From: Thermoanaerobaculia bacterium | Lineage (GTDB): Bacteria > Acidobacteriota > Thermoanaerobaculia > Multivoradales > UBA5704 | NCBI GenBank assembly: GCA_038248205.1 | Contig: JBBRUC010000004.1 | Location: 18 to 64,017 of the forward strand | DNA length: 64,000 bases | Direction of reading: 5' to 3' | Part shown: positions 51,155-61,206 of the stretch, one piece after another | Position numbering within the stretch: the first letter of the stretch is position 1 | How the letters are laid out: every line of letters begins with the position of its first letter | Position numbers and translations under genes: made by a program | Notes under the pieces: generated by a model | Database searches by the model: none | The model's input: only the letters and a program-made list of their open reading frames with translations | Told to the model about the DNA's origin: nothing

Positions 51155-53618
51155 ATGGAGTTGGAGATGAGCGAGGCGAGCGCGTCTGTCGGAGCGGACG
51201 GCGACCGGAGAATGGCCGCCCGGGGATCGCTCCGCCCGGGCTACCGCCTGGCCGGGCGCTTCGAGGTGATCGAGCTGCTCGGCACCGGCGCCACCGGCGA
51301 GGTGTACGCAGCGGAGGATTCGGAGCTCGGCGAGCGGGTGGCGCTCAAGCTGCTGCGCCCCGAACTCACCGCCGAAGAGGCGCTGCTGCTGCGCTTCAAA
51401 CGGGAGATTCACCTCGCCCGGCAGGTGACCCACCCAAACGTCTGCCGGCTCTATGACCTGGTGCTCGCCGCCCCGCCGCGCGGGCGGCGGGAGGGCGATC
51501 CCGAAGGGCTGGTCCTGGTCTCGATGGAGCTGCTCGCCGGTGAGTCGCTGGAGCAGCGGCTGGCGCGCTCGGGGCCAATGGCTGCCGACGAGGCGTTGGC
51601 CGTCGCGCGCCAGATGGCCGCGGGGCTCGACGCCGCCCACCGGGCGCGCGTGGTGCATCGCGATTTCAAGTCGGGCAACGTGATGCTGGTGCCGGAAGAG
51701 GGGGAGCTCCGCGCCGTGGTCACCGATTTCGGTCTCGCGCGCGGCGAAGGCTCCGGCGATCCGGGCAAGCTTTCGCTAGAGGGCGCGGAGACTCTCACCC
51801 AGATGGGCAGCGTTCTCGGCTCGCCCGCCTACATGGCGCCCGAGCAGGTGCGCGGCGAGGTGGCGACGGCCGCCTCCGATCTCTATGCCTTCGGTGTGGT
51901 GCTTTACGAGATGATGACCGGCCATCTGCCGTTTGAAGGGGGCGGCGCGTTTCAAACCGCCCTGCGGCGCCTCAACGAGGAGCCGAAACCCCCTTCGGTC
52001 TGGCGCCCGGATCTCGATCCGCGCTGGGAGCGGGCGATCCTCGCCTGCCTCGCGCGCGAACCGGCCGACCGGCCGAGCAGCGCCGAGGCGGTCGCCCGCT
52101 CGCTCGACGGGGAGGGGAGCCTTCCGGAGCGTTCGCCGACGGCGTCGGCCGCGCCGGTGGCGAACCGTTCAAGTCCTCTCCAGGCGAAGAGGCGGCGCTC
52201 CGCCCTGGCCGGGACGATTGCGGCGGTCCTGGTCGCCCTGGGTCTCGCGGCCGGCGTTTGGTGGGCCGGTCGCCCGCCGCGGGCGGCGGGCCCGAGCGAT
52301 ACGGCGCTCGCCGAAGGGCTCGCCGATCTGCGCCGCTTCGACGCCCCGGCCGCGCGCCGGATCCTGGAACGCGCCGCGGCCGAAGATCCGCAAAACCCGC
52401 GCATACCCTGGGCGCTCGCCTCGGCGCTCTCTCTCCTCGGGCACGATCGCGAGGCGCGCGAGGCGGCGCGTCGGGCGTTCGAGCTGTCGTCCGATCTGCC
52501 CGATCCGGAGCGCTGGGAGATCGAGGCGCGCCACCGCGGCTTGACCCACGACGAGGCGGCCGAGATCGCGCTCTACCAACGCCTCTATCGCGCCTTTCCC
52601 GGCAACCTCGAATACGGGCTCGGCCTGGCCAACGCGCAGGTGGCCGGGGAACAGGCGGAGGGGGCCGTCGCGACGTTGATCACTCTTCGGCGGCTGCCGG
52701 CCCCTGGGGGCGAAGACCCGCGGATCGAGATTCTCGCGGCAAAGGCGGCGGGCGCAACCGGCAACCTGGACGAGCAACTTCGCACCGCGAATCTCGCCGC
52801 GGCGAAAGGCCGGGCGACGGGCGCTCCGCTGCTCGTCGCACGGGCGCAGTTCTTCGCGGCGAGCGCGCTACGCCAGCTGGGCCGGCTCGACCCGGCGCTT
52901 CAAGCCGCCGAAGCCTCGCGCGCGGGTTACGCCGCGGGCGCCAACCCGGCCGGCGAGGCGCTCGCCTGGAAGGAGATCGGCGCGCTGCGCACCGTACACG
53001 ACGACCTGCCCGGGGCGCTCGCGGCGTTCGACCGGACGGCGGACCTCGCCGGCCAGGCGGGCTGGCAGGCCGGTGTCTCCTACGGCCTGAACGGCCGCGC
53101 GATCGTGCTGCGCAGACTCGGCCGGCTAGCCGAAGCGGTCGAGACGTTCGAGCAGCTACTGGAGCTGCAGCGCGAGACGTCCGACGCGCGCGGCGAGGCG
53201 GCGTCGCGCAACAACCAGGCGATGGTCCTGTTGGAGCTCGGCCGTCTGGACGAGGCAGAAGGCGGGCTCGACCGCGCGCGCCAGCTCTACCTCCAGCTGG
53301 GGGATCGGGGCGGGGAGGCGACCGTTCTGCTCGGGCGCTGCGGCCTGCTCGACCGGCGCAACCAGCTCGCCGCCGCGGGCCAGGCTTGCCGCTCGGCTCG
53401 TAAGCTGTTCGCCAAGGTCAAGGACGAAGGAGGGATGATCGATACCGATCTCACGCTCGCCCGCCTCGACCGCCGGGCCGGTCGGTTTGCCTCCGCGCGC
53501 GCGGGGCTCGAAGAGGGAGCGCGCCGCGCCCAGGCGCTGGGCGACGCGGATCTTCAGAAGATCGCCCGGCGGGAGTTGGCCGAGCTGGCGCGCGACGAGG
53601 CCCGTGTGGCCGGGCGAC

Positions 53619-53641
<23 letters not shown>
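51155..53641 (+). CDS. Ser/Thr protein kinase with TM segment and C-terminal TPR-like repeats
   Basis: GTGATGEVY, ALK, HRDFKSGNVM, DFGLAR and SPAYMAPE are Hanks kinase motifs. These are followed by a TM helix and an Ala/Leu-rich TPR-like region. The start is uncertain (51155 or later). Confidence 0.9.
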
Positions 53642-55172
<1,531 letters not shown>

Positions 55173-55305
55173 CGGAACCTACGGTGAAAACACCCGAGTT
55201 ATGGCGATCGCACCCTACATCCGCAGGCGTCCTTGCGCTCCGCGCGGCCACGCAACTATTTGATTTTAATCAAGAGACGGTAGCTCGGTCGGCCTCGTTG
55301 CACCC

Positions 55306-55320
55306 TGGTCCTCGTATTGC
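55306..55320 (+). promoter_or_regulatory. candidate sigma-54 (-24/-12) promoter TGGTCC-N5-TTGC
   Basis: GG at 55307-55308 and GC at 55319-55320, which is the canonical 12-nt offset. It points away from the adjacent sigma-54 activator gene. Confidence 0.35.
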
Positions 55321-55330
55321 GTTCCAAGGC

Positions 55331-55530
55331 GGGCAGACCGGCGGATCTTGAGCGAGCGAGAACGCGGATGGCTCGACTCTCTACCTCGGCCTGAACCGCG
55401 TGATCTCCGGCCCAGGCGGCCGGATCGGCAACTTCCAGTAAAGATTGTTCCAGTGCGCCGCGAAGGCGGCGATCTGGAGACCCGGTGGGCCTGTCACCTC
55501 CGAGGTGGCCCGCCGGGCCTTTTTATTTTG
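55331..55530 (+). ncRNA. candidate sigma-54-dependent small RNA (hypothetical)
   Basis: Bounded by the candidate -24/-12 element and a plus-strand intrinsic terminator. It contains no credible ORF: the only ATG opens an 8-codon frame, and the 72-aa track ORF is Arg/Pro-rich. Confidence 0.25.
55507..55530 (+). terminator. rho-independent terminator (plus-strand orientation)
   Basis: GGCCC-GCC-GGGCC followed by TTTTTATTTT, preceded by a second small hairpin CACCT-CCG-AGGTG. On the minus strand the T-tract would precede the stem. Confidence 0.5.
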
Positions 55531-55537
55531 CTCCGTT

Positions 55538-58072
55538 CTACGGCGCGTAGCCGGCCGGCGCTTTGACTTCGAGGCCGGGGCGCTTGAGTCCCACCTCGAC
55601 CCGTCGGAAGCTGCCGTCGTTGCTCGATTGGGTGGATTGGTAGGACAACAGCCAGCGGGAGCGCAGATCGCGATCGATCGCGCGGTAGAGGTCTCCCAAC
55701 TCGGCGGCGTCGTTGGGGAACAGGGCGAGGCCTCCGGTCGTTTCGGCCAGCTTCTCCAAATGACGGCGGGCGGAGATTTCGGTCTTCGGCAGCGCCAGGC
55801 CGATCGCGTAGATCACGACGCCGCTTCGCTTGGCGGCTTCGATCGTCTGGTCGAAATCGAAACGGCTCGATTTGTCGCCGCCGTCGGTGAGCACCACCAG
55901 GGCGCGCGGACCGGCGAGGCCCTTCATGTAGTCGAGTGCGAAGACCAGGCTGTCGAACAGAGCGGTGCTCCGTTCGGCGGCCAGGCCGGCCAGGCCGGCG
56001 ACCAGCTTGTCGACGTCGCCGGTGAACGGCACCTCGATCACCGGCTTTTCCGAAAAGCGCAGAACCGCCGCGCGATCGCCCGGCCGGAGCGCGCCGCGCA
56101 GGAAGCCGCCCGCGGCCTGTTGCACCTGGCCGAGCGAGGATTCCATCGAGGCCGAGGTGTCGAGCAGCAACGCGGCGCGGATCGGCAGATTCTCCACCCG
56201 GTCGCAGCGCAGCAGCGTTTGCGCCGTGCCGTCCTCGGTGATCGAGAAATCGCTTGCGGCAAGGTCCGCTACCGCGTGGCCCGTCGAGTCGGTGACATCC
56301 ACTGGCAGCTCAACCAAGCGCACCTCGATCCGACCGACCTCGCCCGGCGCGTTCAGCACCACCAGGTCTTCGCTCGAACGGCCGTCGGCGAGGTAGGCGA
56401 GCGCCCGAACCGCGACGATCGCGCCGCCCGCGGGCAGGTCGATCGGTTGCAGCCACGGCGGCTGGTAGAGGGTCGCGACCCGGTGCTCGTCGACGAATAG
56501 CTCCAGTCGATCGAGCGTCTCGCCATCCGGTACTTTGATCTCCGCCTCGGCGCTCCGGCGGCCCCCCTCGTAGAGCCCCGGGCGGGGTGCCAGCAACCGC
56601 ACCGCGAAGCGCTGGCCGCCGGGATTCAACGAGAACTCGTCGGTGCCGATCAGGGTGCCGGACGCATCGTATCCGAGCGCCCGCACGGTCCGGCTCGACG
56701 GCAGCGCGCCGAGGTTGAGTTCGACGCTGAATGGCGGCTTGGCCTTGGTGAGGATCGGCTTGTCTTCGAGCTGGAAGGTCACCTTTTTGATCCGCGGATC
56801 GCCGACTTCGGCGTCGATGCGCACCGTGCCGGCCTTGAGGTCGCCGGCCGGGGGCAAAATGCGGATCGGCACGGCCGGGCTCGTCTCGGCCATCCTGGGG
56901 GCGGACTCCGCGCCTCGGCTCCGCTCGGCCTGCGCGAGGCCTTCTGGGGTCGCCGAGCCCGCTTCGACTTCGATCTCGCGCTCGAAGCGGATCGCTTTTT
57001 TGGTCGCCAGCTCTTGCACCTTGAGCACCAATCGGTAGGAGCCCGGGCGCAGTACGCGTTCGATCGCGAGAGGCAGGTCGGTCGCCGGAGCCCCCTGTCG
57101 GGAAGGCAGATCGAAGCGCACCCGGAACGAATCGAACAGCTCGCCTGCCTGCAGCACCTCGCCGGTGACCAGGAACTCATAGCTCAGCGAGCCCGCGATC
57201 TCGGTCGCGGTGGCGTCTTGCGAGGGGACCGCGAGCAGGGCGCGCACCCGGACGCGTTGGCCGCCCGCCGGGTTTTGCTCCACCTCGTCGAGCCGGGCGT
57301 TCAGCCGGGGATCGCCCTCTTCGACGTCGGTCGAAACGGTCTTGAAGCTGGCCAGCCACTCGGTGTCGCCGTGCTTCTCGTACCGCGATTGCGCGGACTC
57401 TAGCTGCCCGCCTTGATCCTCGATCTGTACGGCGCGGATCGCACGGTGAATGGCTCGGGCGTCCAGGTTGCAGGCCCCGTACATGAGTTCGAGGAAGCGC
57501 TCTTCGTTGCCCAGGTCATCCTGGTCGGTGTAGCCGGGAAGTAGCGCATGCCACCCGTCGCTCGGTCGCCAGAGTCGGAACGGGCCGGAGGCGGCCGGCT
57601 GGACGAAAATGAACGTAAACGTTCCGATCCCGCCCTTGCCCGTGGCGAAGGTCCAGATCTCCAGCGGCAGCAGGTAGACGCCGCAGTCGGTCGAAAAAAC
57701 CGATTGGGGCTCCCCCTGGAGAACGTAGACCCGCCCCCGGTCGTCGAGCTTATGCGGGTAACGGACCTTGCGCTCGTCGAGCCGGCGGTGCCATTCGATC
57801 TCGAACTCGTTGCGGATCGTTTCGGGATACGGATCGCGCGCCCTCCAGAACGCGCGGATGAACGCCTCGCGCTGGTAGTCCTTTTCGATCGCCAAAAACG
57901 CTTTACGCTCCTCCTTGGTGATCAGCAGCTCGGCCTCTTCGAGGAACTGGCGAAATTGGGGCGCGAGGGTGGAGGTGTCCTTGGCGAAGGACAGGGCCGG
58001 AATCGAAACCAGACAACCGAAGAGGGCGAGGCCACGCAATGCGCGGCGTACAGCAAGTCGGCGAGGGCGCAT
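55538..58072 (-). CDS. VWA domain protein with GWxTPRF-like N-terminal domain (acidobacterial VWFA-related type)
   Basis: Starts at ATG 58072 with a signal peptide. FWRARDPYPETIRNEFEIEW is GWxTPRF-like. The C-terminal VWA domain has the MIDAS motif LLLDTSASM...GGDKSS. Confidence 0.85.
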   Translation of the reverse strand: MRPRRLAVRRALRGLALFGCLVSIPALSFAKDTSTLAPQFRQFLEEAELLITKEERKAFLAIEKDYQREAFIRAFWRARDPYPETIRNEFEIEWHRRLDERKVRYPHKLDDRGRVYVLQGEPQSVFSTDCGVYLLPLEIWTFATGKGGIGTFTFIFVQPAASGPFRLWRPSDGWHALLPGYTDQDDLGNEERFLELMYGACNLDARAIHRAIRAVQIEDQGGQLESAQSRYEKHGDTEWLASFKTVSTDVEEGDPRLNARLDEVEQNPAGGQRVRVRALLAVPSQDATATEIAGSLSYEFLVTGEVLQAGELFDSFRVRFDLPSRQGAPATDLPLAIERVLRPGSYRLVLKVQELATKKAIRFEREIEVEAGSATPEGLAQAERSRGAESAPRMAETSPAVPIRILPPAGDLKAGTVRIDAEVGDPRIKKVTFQLEDKPILTKAKPPFSVELNLGALPSSRTVRALGYDASGTLIGTDEFSLNPGGQRFAVRLLAPRPGLYEGGRRSAEAEIKVPDGETLDRLELFVDEHRVATLYQPPWLQPIDLPAGGAIVAVRALAYLADGRSSEDLVVLNAPGEVGRIEVRLVELPVDVTDSTGHAVADLAASDFSITEDGTAQTLLRCDRVENLPIRAALLLDTSASMESSLGQVQQAAGGFLRGALRPGDRAAVLRFSEKPVIEVPFTGDVDKLVAGLAGLAAERSTALFDSLVFALDYMKGLAGPRALVVLTDGGDKSSRFDFDQTIEAAKRSGVVIYAIGLALPKTEISARRHLEKLAETTGGLALFPNDAAELGDLYRAIDRDLRSRWLLSYQSTQSSNDGSFRRVEVGLKRPGLEVKAPAGYAP

Positions 58073-58142
58073 GGCGAGCGAGGCTAGCAGGTTCAATGCC
58101 GAGGAAGCGGGCGACGGGCCGGCCGTCGCCCGCGACCACCTG

Positions 58143-59270
58143 TCAGTCTCGATCCACACCACCGTTCCATACCGTGTCGGCCAGCAGGTCGGCCCAATCT
58201 ACAGTGGCAGACTCGGCCAGACCTGCAAGCCCACGGCCCACGAAGACCGCATTCGGTGGATCGCCACGTAGGCCAAAGTCGGGGAGAATCGGCGGATAGA
58301 GGAAAATCCAAGCCGGGCCCTCCATGGTGGAGCAATCGCGAGCCTGGGTATCGATGCAGAGGGGCATCAGGCGTATCGTTCCAGTGGTCCAGCGCCCCGC
58401 ATCGTCCCAGCCGATCACCAGTTCATACGAGCTGCGCCCCACTGGCATTCCGCGGCCGGTCGCTGGGTCTTTGCCGATCGAGTAGGCGTCTACTCGATAG
58501 GTATGCGAGTCGGTTCCGCGGAAGATTGCCACCTCTTGGTCAAAATAGCTGGCCGAGCCGTCGGAATCGACGAAGTAACCGTGAGGGCGGAGCATTCGTT
58601 CAAGCAGGGTGAATGTCCGGCGATCCCAGCCGGTCAGGAGGTTGTGGCAGCGGTCGATCAATCCGGCAGCAGATAAATTACGGCTTGCGCCGCTCGATGA
58701 AGCCGCCGCCCCTTGCGACACTCGGCCGGCAGGAACCTGGACGACATTGTTAATTTCCAGGATCGACGCGAACGGCTGCGCCTCAGGGCCGATCCCGAGC
58801 CGCAGGCGGTGATCGTCTGGCAGGAGGCACTGGATGGAAGTCGAGTTGGTCTGCGGGGCAATCCGGGCAAGCAAGAGCTGATCGAGGGGTGGTCTCTCCG
58901 GGTTCAACAGAAACTGGTTCTCTTGTAAGGAGAGCTGGAAGCCCATCATCCGCTCAGTGCTGTCGAGACAATCGCTGCGCGTGGGTGGGTTCGCTCTGAG
59001 CCCGGGAAAGTGGGATCGTGTTTCGGCACGAACTTCTGAGCCTCGATAACCTCCTCCGGTACCGAAGGAAATAAAAAGAGTAGCATGGGATACTCTTCCG
59101 GTGACCGGGCCGTCCGGGAAAATCAGTTCCATCCGATCGAGTAAGCTATTCAATTGGTCTTGGTCACAGGAGACCTGCTCAGAGAGAAGCGGGTTCGTCC
59201 GCTCTTGAGCGTTCAGGGATGTCTCCAAGAGCACCAGAGAAAGAAGGGGCAGTATGAGACGCGCGTTCAT
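58143..59270 (-). CDS. secreted protein of unknown family (paralog of 29733-30875)
   Basis: Signal peptide MNARLILPLLSLVLLETSLNAQ. Shares conserved blocks with the 29733-30875 product (listed under that entry). Confidence 0.7.
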   Translation of the reverse strand: MNARLILPLLSLVLLETSLNAQERTNPLLSEQVSCDQDQLNSLLDRMELIFPDGPVTGRVSHATLFISFGTGGGYRGSEVRAETRSHFPGLRANPPTRSDCLDSTERMMGFQLSLQENQFLLNPERPPLDQLLLARIAPQTNSTSIQCLLPDDHRLRLGIGPEAQPFASILEINNVVQVPAGRVSQGAAASSSGASRNLSAAGLIDRCHNLLTGWDRRTFTLLERMLRPHGYFVDSDGSASYFDQEVAIFRGTDSHTYRVDAYSIGKDPATGRGMPVGRSSYELVIGWDDAGRWTTGTIRLMPLCIDTQARDCSTMEGPAWIFLYPPILPDFGLRGDPPNAVFVGRGLAGLAESATVDWADLLADTVWNGGVDRD

Positions 59271-59279
59271 CGCCGATTC

Positions 59280-60986
59280 TCAGGGGCAGACTACGCAGGA
59301 GGCACCGGTTGGACCGACGGCTACATGGAAAAGCAACCCGGATGTCGGTATCGGGAAACGAACGACTTGAAGCGACTGACAGGGGAAGGCAGGATCTCCT
59401 GCAGTGCGGTTTGATGCCTCGATTTGGATCGGCGAGGAGTTGGTTGGCTGGAGCTTCCCGTACCCTCGAGTTAGTCCGCGGCGAATTCCTCCGTCCCAAG
59501 GGAAAAGAAAGCTGGCCTCTCCCTGGTTCTTGGGATCAAATTTCGTTGCGTAGAGCGCAGCGGTCTGTTGGCAGTTGCCATTTAAGCACGAGTTGCAGGT
59601 GTTCGGGTTCTCGGAGAGGACGGTTGCGCGAATGCCGCCACTCCAGCCGAGAAAGCGCATCTCACGGCTTAATCGTACGCTTAGTTCAGAGACGAACCAG
59701 CGGGCCAGGTTTTGTTGACCGCGGATATGAGCTTTCAGATTCGCTCGAAGCGCATTATCGAGCGCGAAAACGGATTCGGTGCTCGAAGTTGTCTCGGGTC
59801 GATAATTGTCTTCCAGGAATTGTCTAAGATCCTTCTGCTCACGGTTCTCACCCGAGCGGGTGAAATCTTCCCACAACAGTCCTCGAGCAAACAGGGCGGC
59901 CCGATCATCAAGGCAACCGTCAGTAGGTTTTGAGCGGGCGCCCGCAAGGGCGAGGAAAGGACCGTCATAGAAGTAGCGGTTGTTAGCTGACCACTGACAA
60001 TTGGTGGCGGTCGAGTTACCATTCTCGAAATAGCTACGGGCCGGACCATTGCCAGCGGCAAGTGTATAAAGGTACCAAGCGGAGCGGAGGAATCGGCGCG
60101 CCTTGTTGGCGAGAACCAAGTCTCGTGTCTGCTCTCGGGTGAACCAGAAGTTGACTACCATGGCAGCGAGCAGAGAATGCTCGTTGTAATTATTCGAGAG
60201 GATCTCGCCACCCGAGTAGTAGGCCAGGGTGCCGGGGTTCGCGATCGGGCAGGTTTGACCTAGTTGGCAATCGAAGAAATTTTTCCACCAGATCTTTGTG
60301 CGTGCAGGATCGGGCGTTCCCGTAACCAACGCGAGAGCCTGGGCAAGGAGGGGTAAGTTCTGGCTGCCGCCGTTTCTCCAATTGTTGAAAGTCCAATCCA
60401 GCTGTTTTTGCCATTTGAAGACCATGGGATCCGGGGTGATACCCAGCTTGAGCTTTTCCACCAGAGCCTTTTGATACGCGCAGGGCTGCCCCACGGCGTT
60501 TGGCGTTTCGCAAGAGAGCGCTGGAATGATCGGATCGGACTCCTTGATCTCATAGGGCGGATCGATGACTTCGAGCGAAGAAGACCAGATTGGGTCCGAC
60601 ACAGGCGGATCGACCGGATCGGGACCGGAGGCGGCGCCGCCTTCAACCGGAACGGAGGGGCCGACCGGAATTCCCGGATAGACTTCAATTATGTAGGTGC
60701 CGGGTAGCTGATGCTCGACCAGTTTGGACAGTGAAGTGGCGACAGGGCGCGAGCCATCGAAGAGGCAGGGCGGGAGGGTAAGGAGCAAGCGATCCGGGAG
60801 CGCCTCGACGTCGATCTGGTCTTCGTCGAAAGCACAAGTCGAGGGAGCAATGACTTCGATCTTGAAAGTAATCGCGTCGGCGAACGTGGGAGGGTTAGGG
60901 CCGAAAGTGACGTTGCTGACCGTGATTTGCGCTGTAAGAGTGGCAGGTAAAAGGGAAGCGAGGATGCCGAGTACAGCCTTGGTCAT
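59280..60986 (-). CDS. hypothetical secreted protein
   Basis: Starts at ATG 60986. Signal peptide MTKAVLGILASLLPATLTAQ. Cys-containing C-terminus ...GPTGASCVVCP. No family recognised. The next gene starts 10 nt downstream. Confidence 0.7.
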   Translation of the reverse strand: MTKAVLGILASLLPATLTAQITVSNVTFGPNPPTFADAITFKIEVIAPSTCAFDEDQIDVEALPDRLLLTLPPCLFDGSRPVATSLSKLVEHQLPGTYIIEVYPGIPVGPSVPVEGGAASGPDPVDPPVSDPIWSSSLEVIDPPYEIKESDPIIPALSCETPNAVGQPCAYQKALVEKLKLGITPDPMVFKWQKQLDWTFNNWRNGGSQNLPLLAQALALVTGTPDPARTKIWWKNFFDCQLGQTCPIANPGTLAYYSGGEILSNNYNEHSLLAAMVVNFWFTREQTRDLVLANKARRFLRSAWYLYTLAAGNGPARSYFENGNSTATNCQWSANNRYFYDGPFLALAGARSKPTDGCLDDRAALFARGLLWEDFTRSGENREQKDLRQFLEDNYRPETTSSTESVFALDNALRANLKAHIRGQQNLARWFVSELSVRLSREMRFLGWSGGIRATVLSENPNTCNSCLNGNCQQTAALYATKFDPKNQGEASFLFPWDGGIRRGLTRGYGKLQPTNSSPIQIEASNRTAGDPAFPCQSLQVVRFPIPTSGLLFHVAVGPTGASCVVCP

Positions 60987-61206
60987 GGGAGTTCCTTGGG
61001 TGGGTCGCCGGAAAAACAAAAGGACAGGATTGTCCTCTACTCTCCAAATCTATCTTCTTTTATTGATCCGCGGATAGGTGTCTTGGGTAAAGGCCAAAGA
61101 GCGGTGGCGGTGGGCGTGTCGGAGCCCCCGTGTTCGACGCGGAAAATGTTGGAATGCTCGGCGCGATTCCGGGAGGAATCGCGCTCGAAGGTTTTCCGGT
61201 GCGCCT

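Noticed and set aside
55348-55566. 72-aa ORF in the sigma-54 activator/VWA intergenic gap.
   Set aside because: It is Arg/Pro-rich, uses a non-ATG start, and reads through the terminator hairpin into the VWA gene's 3' end. The region is better explained as non-coding.
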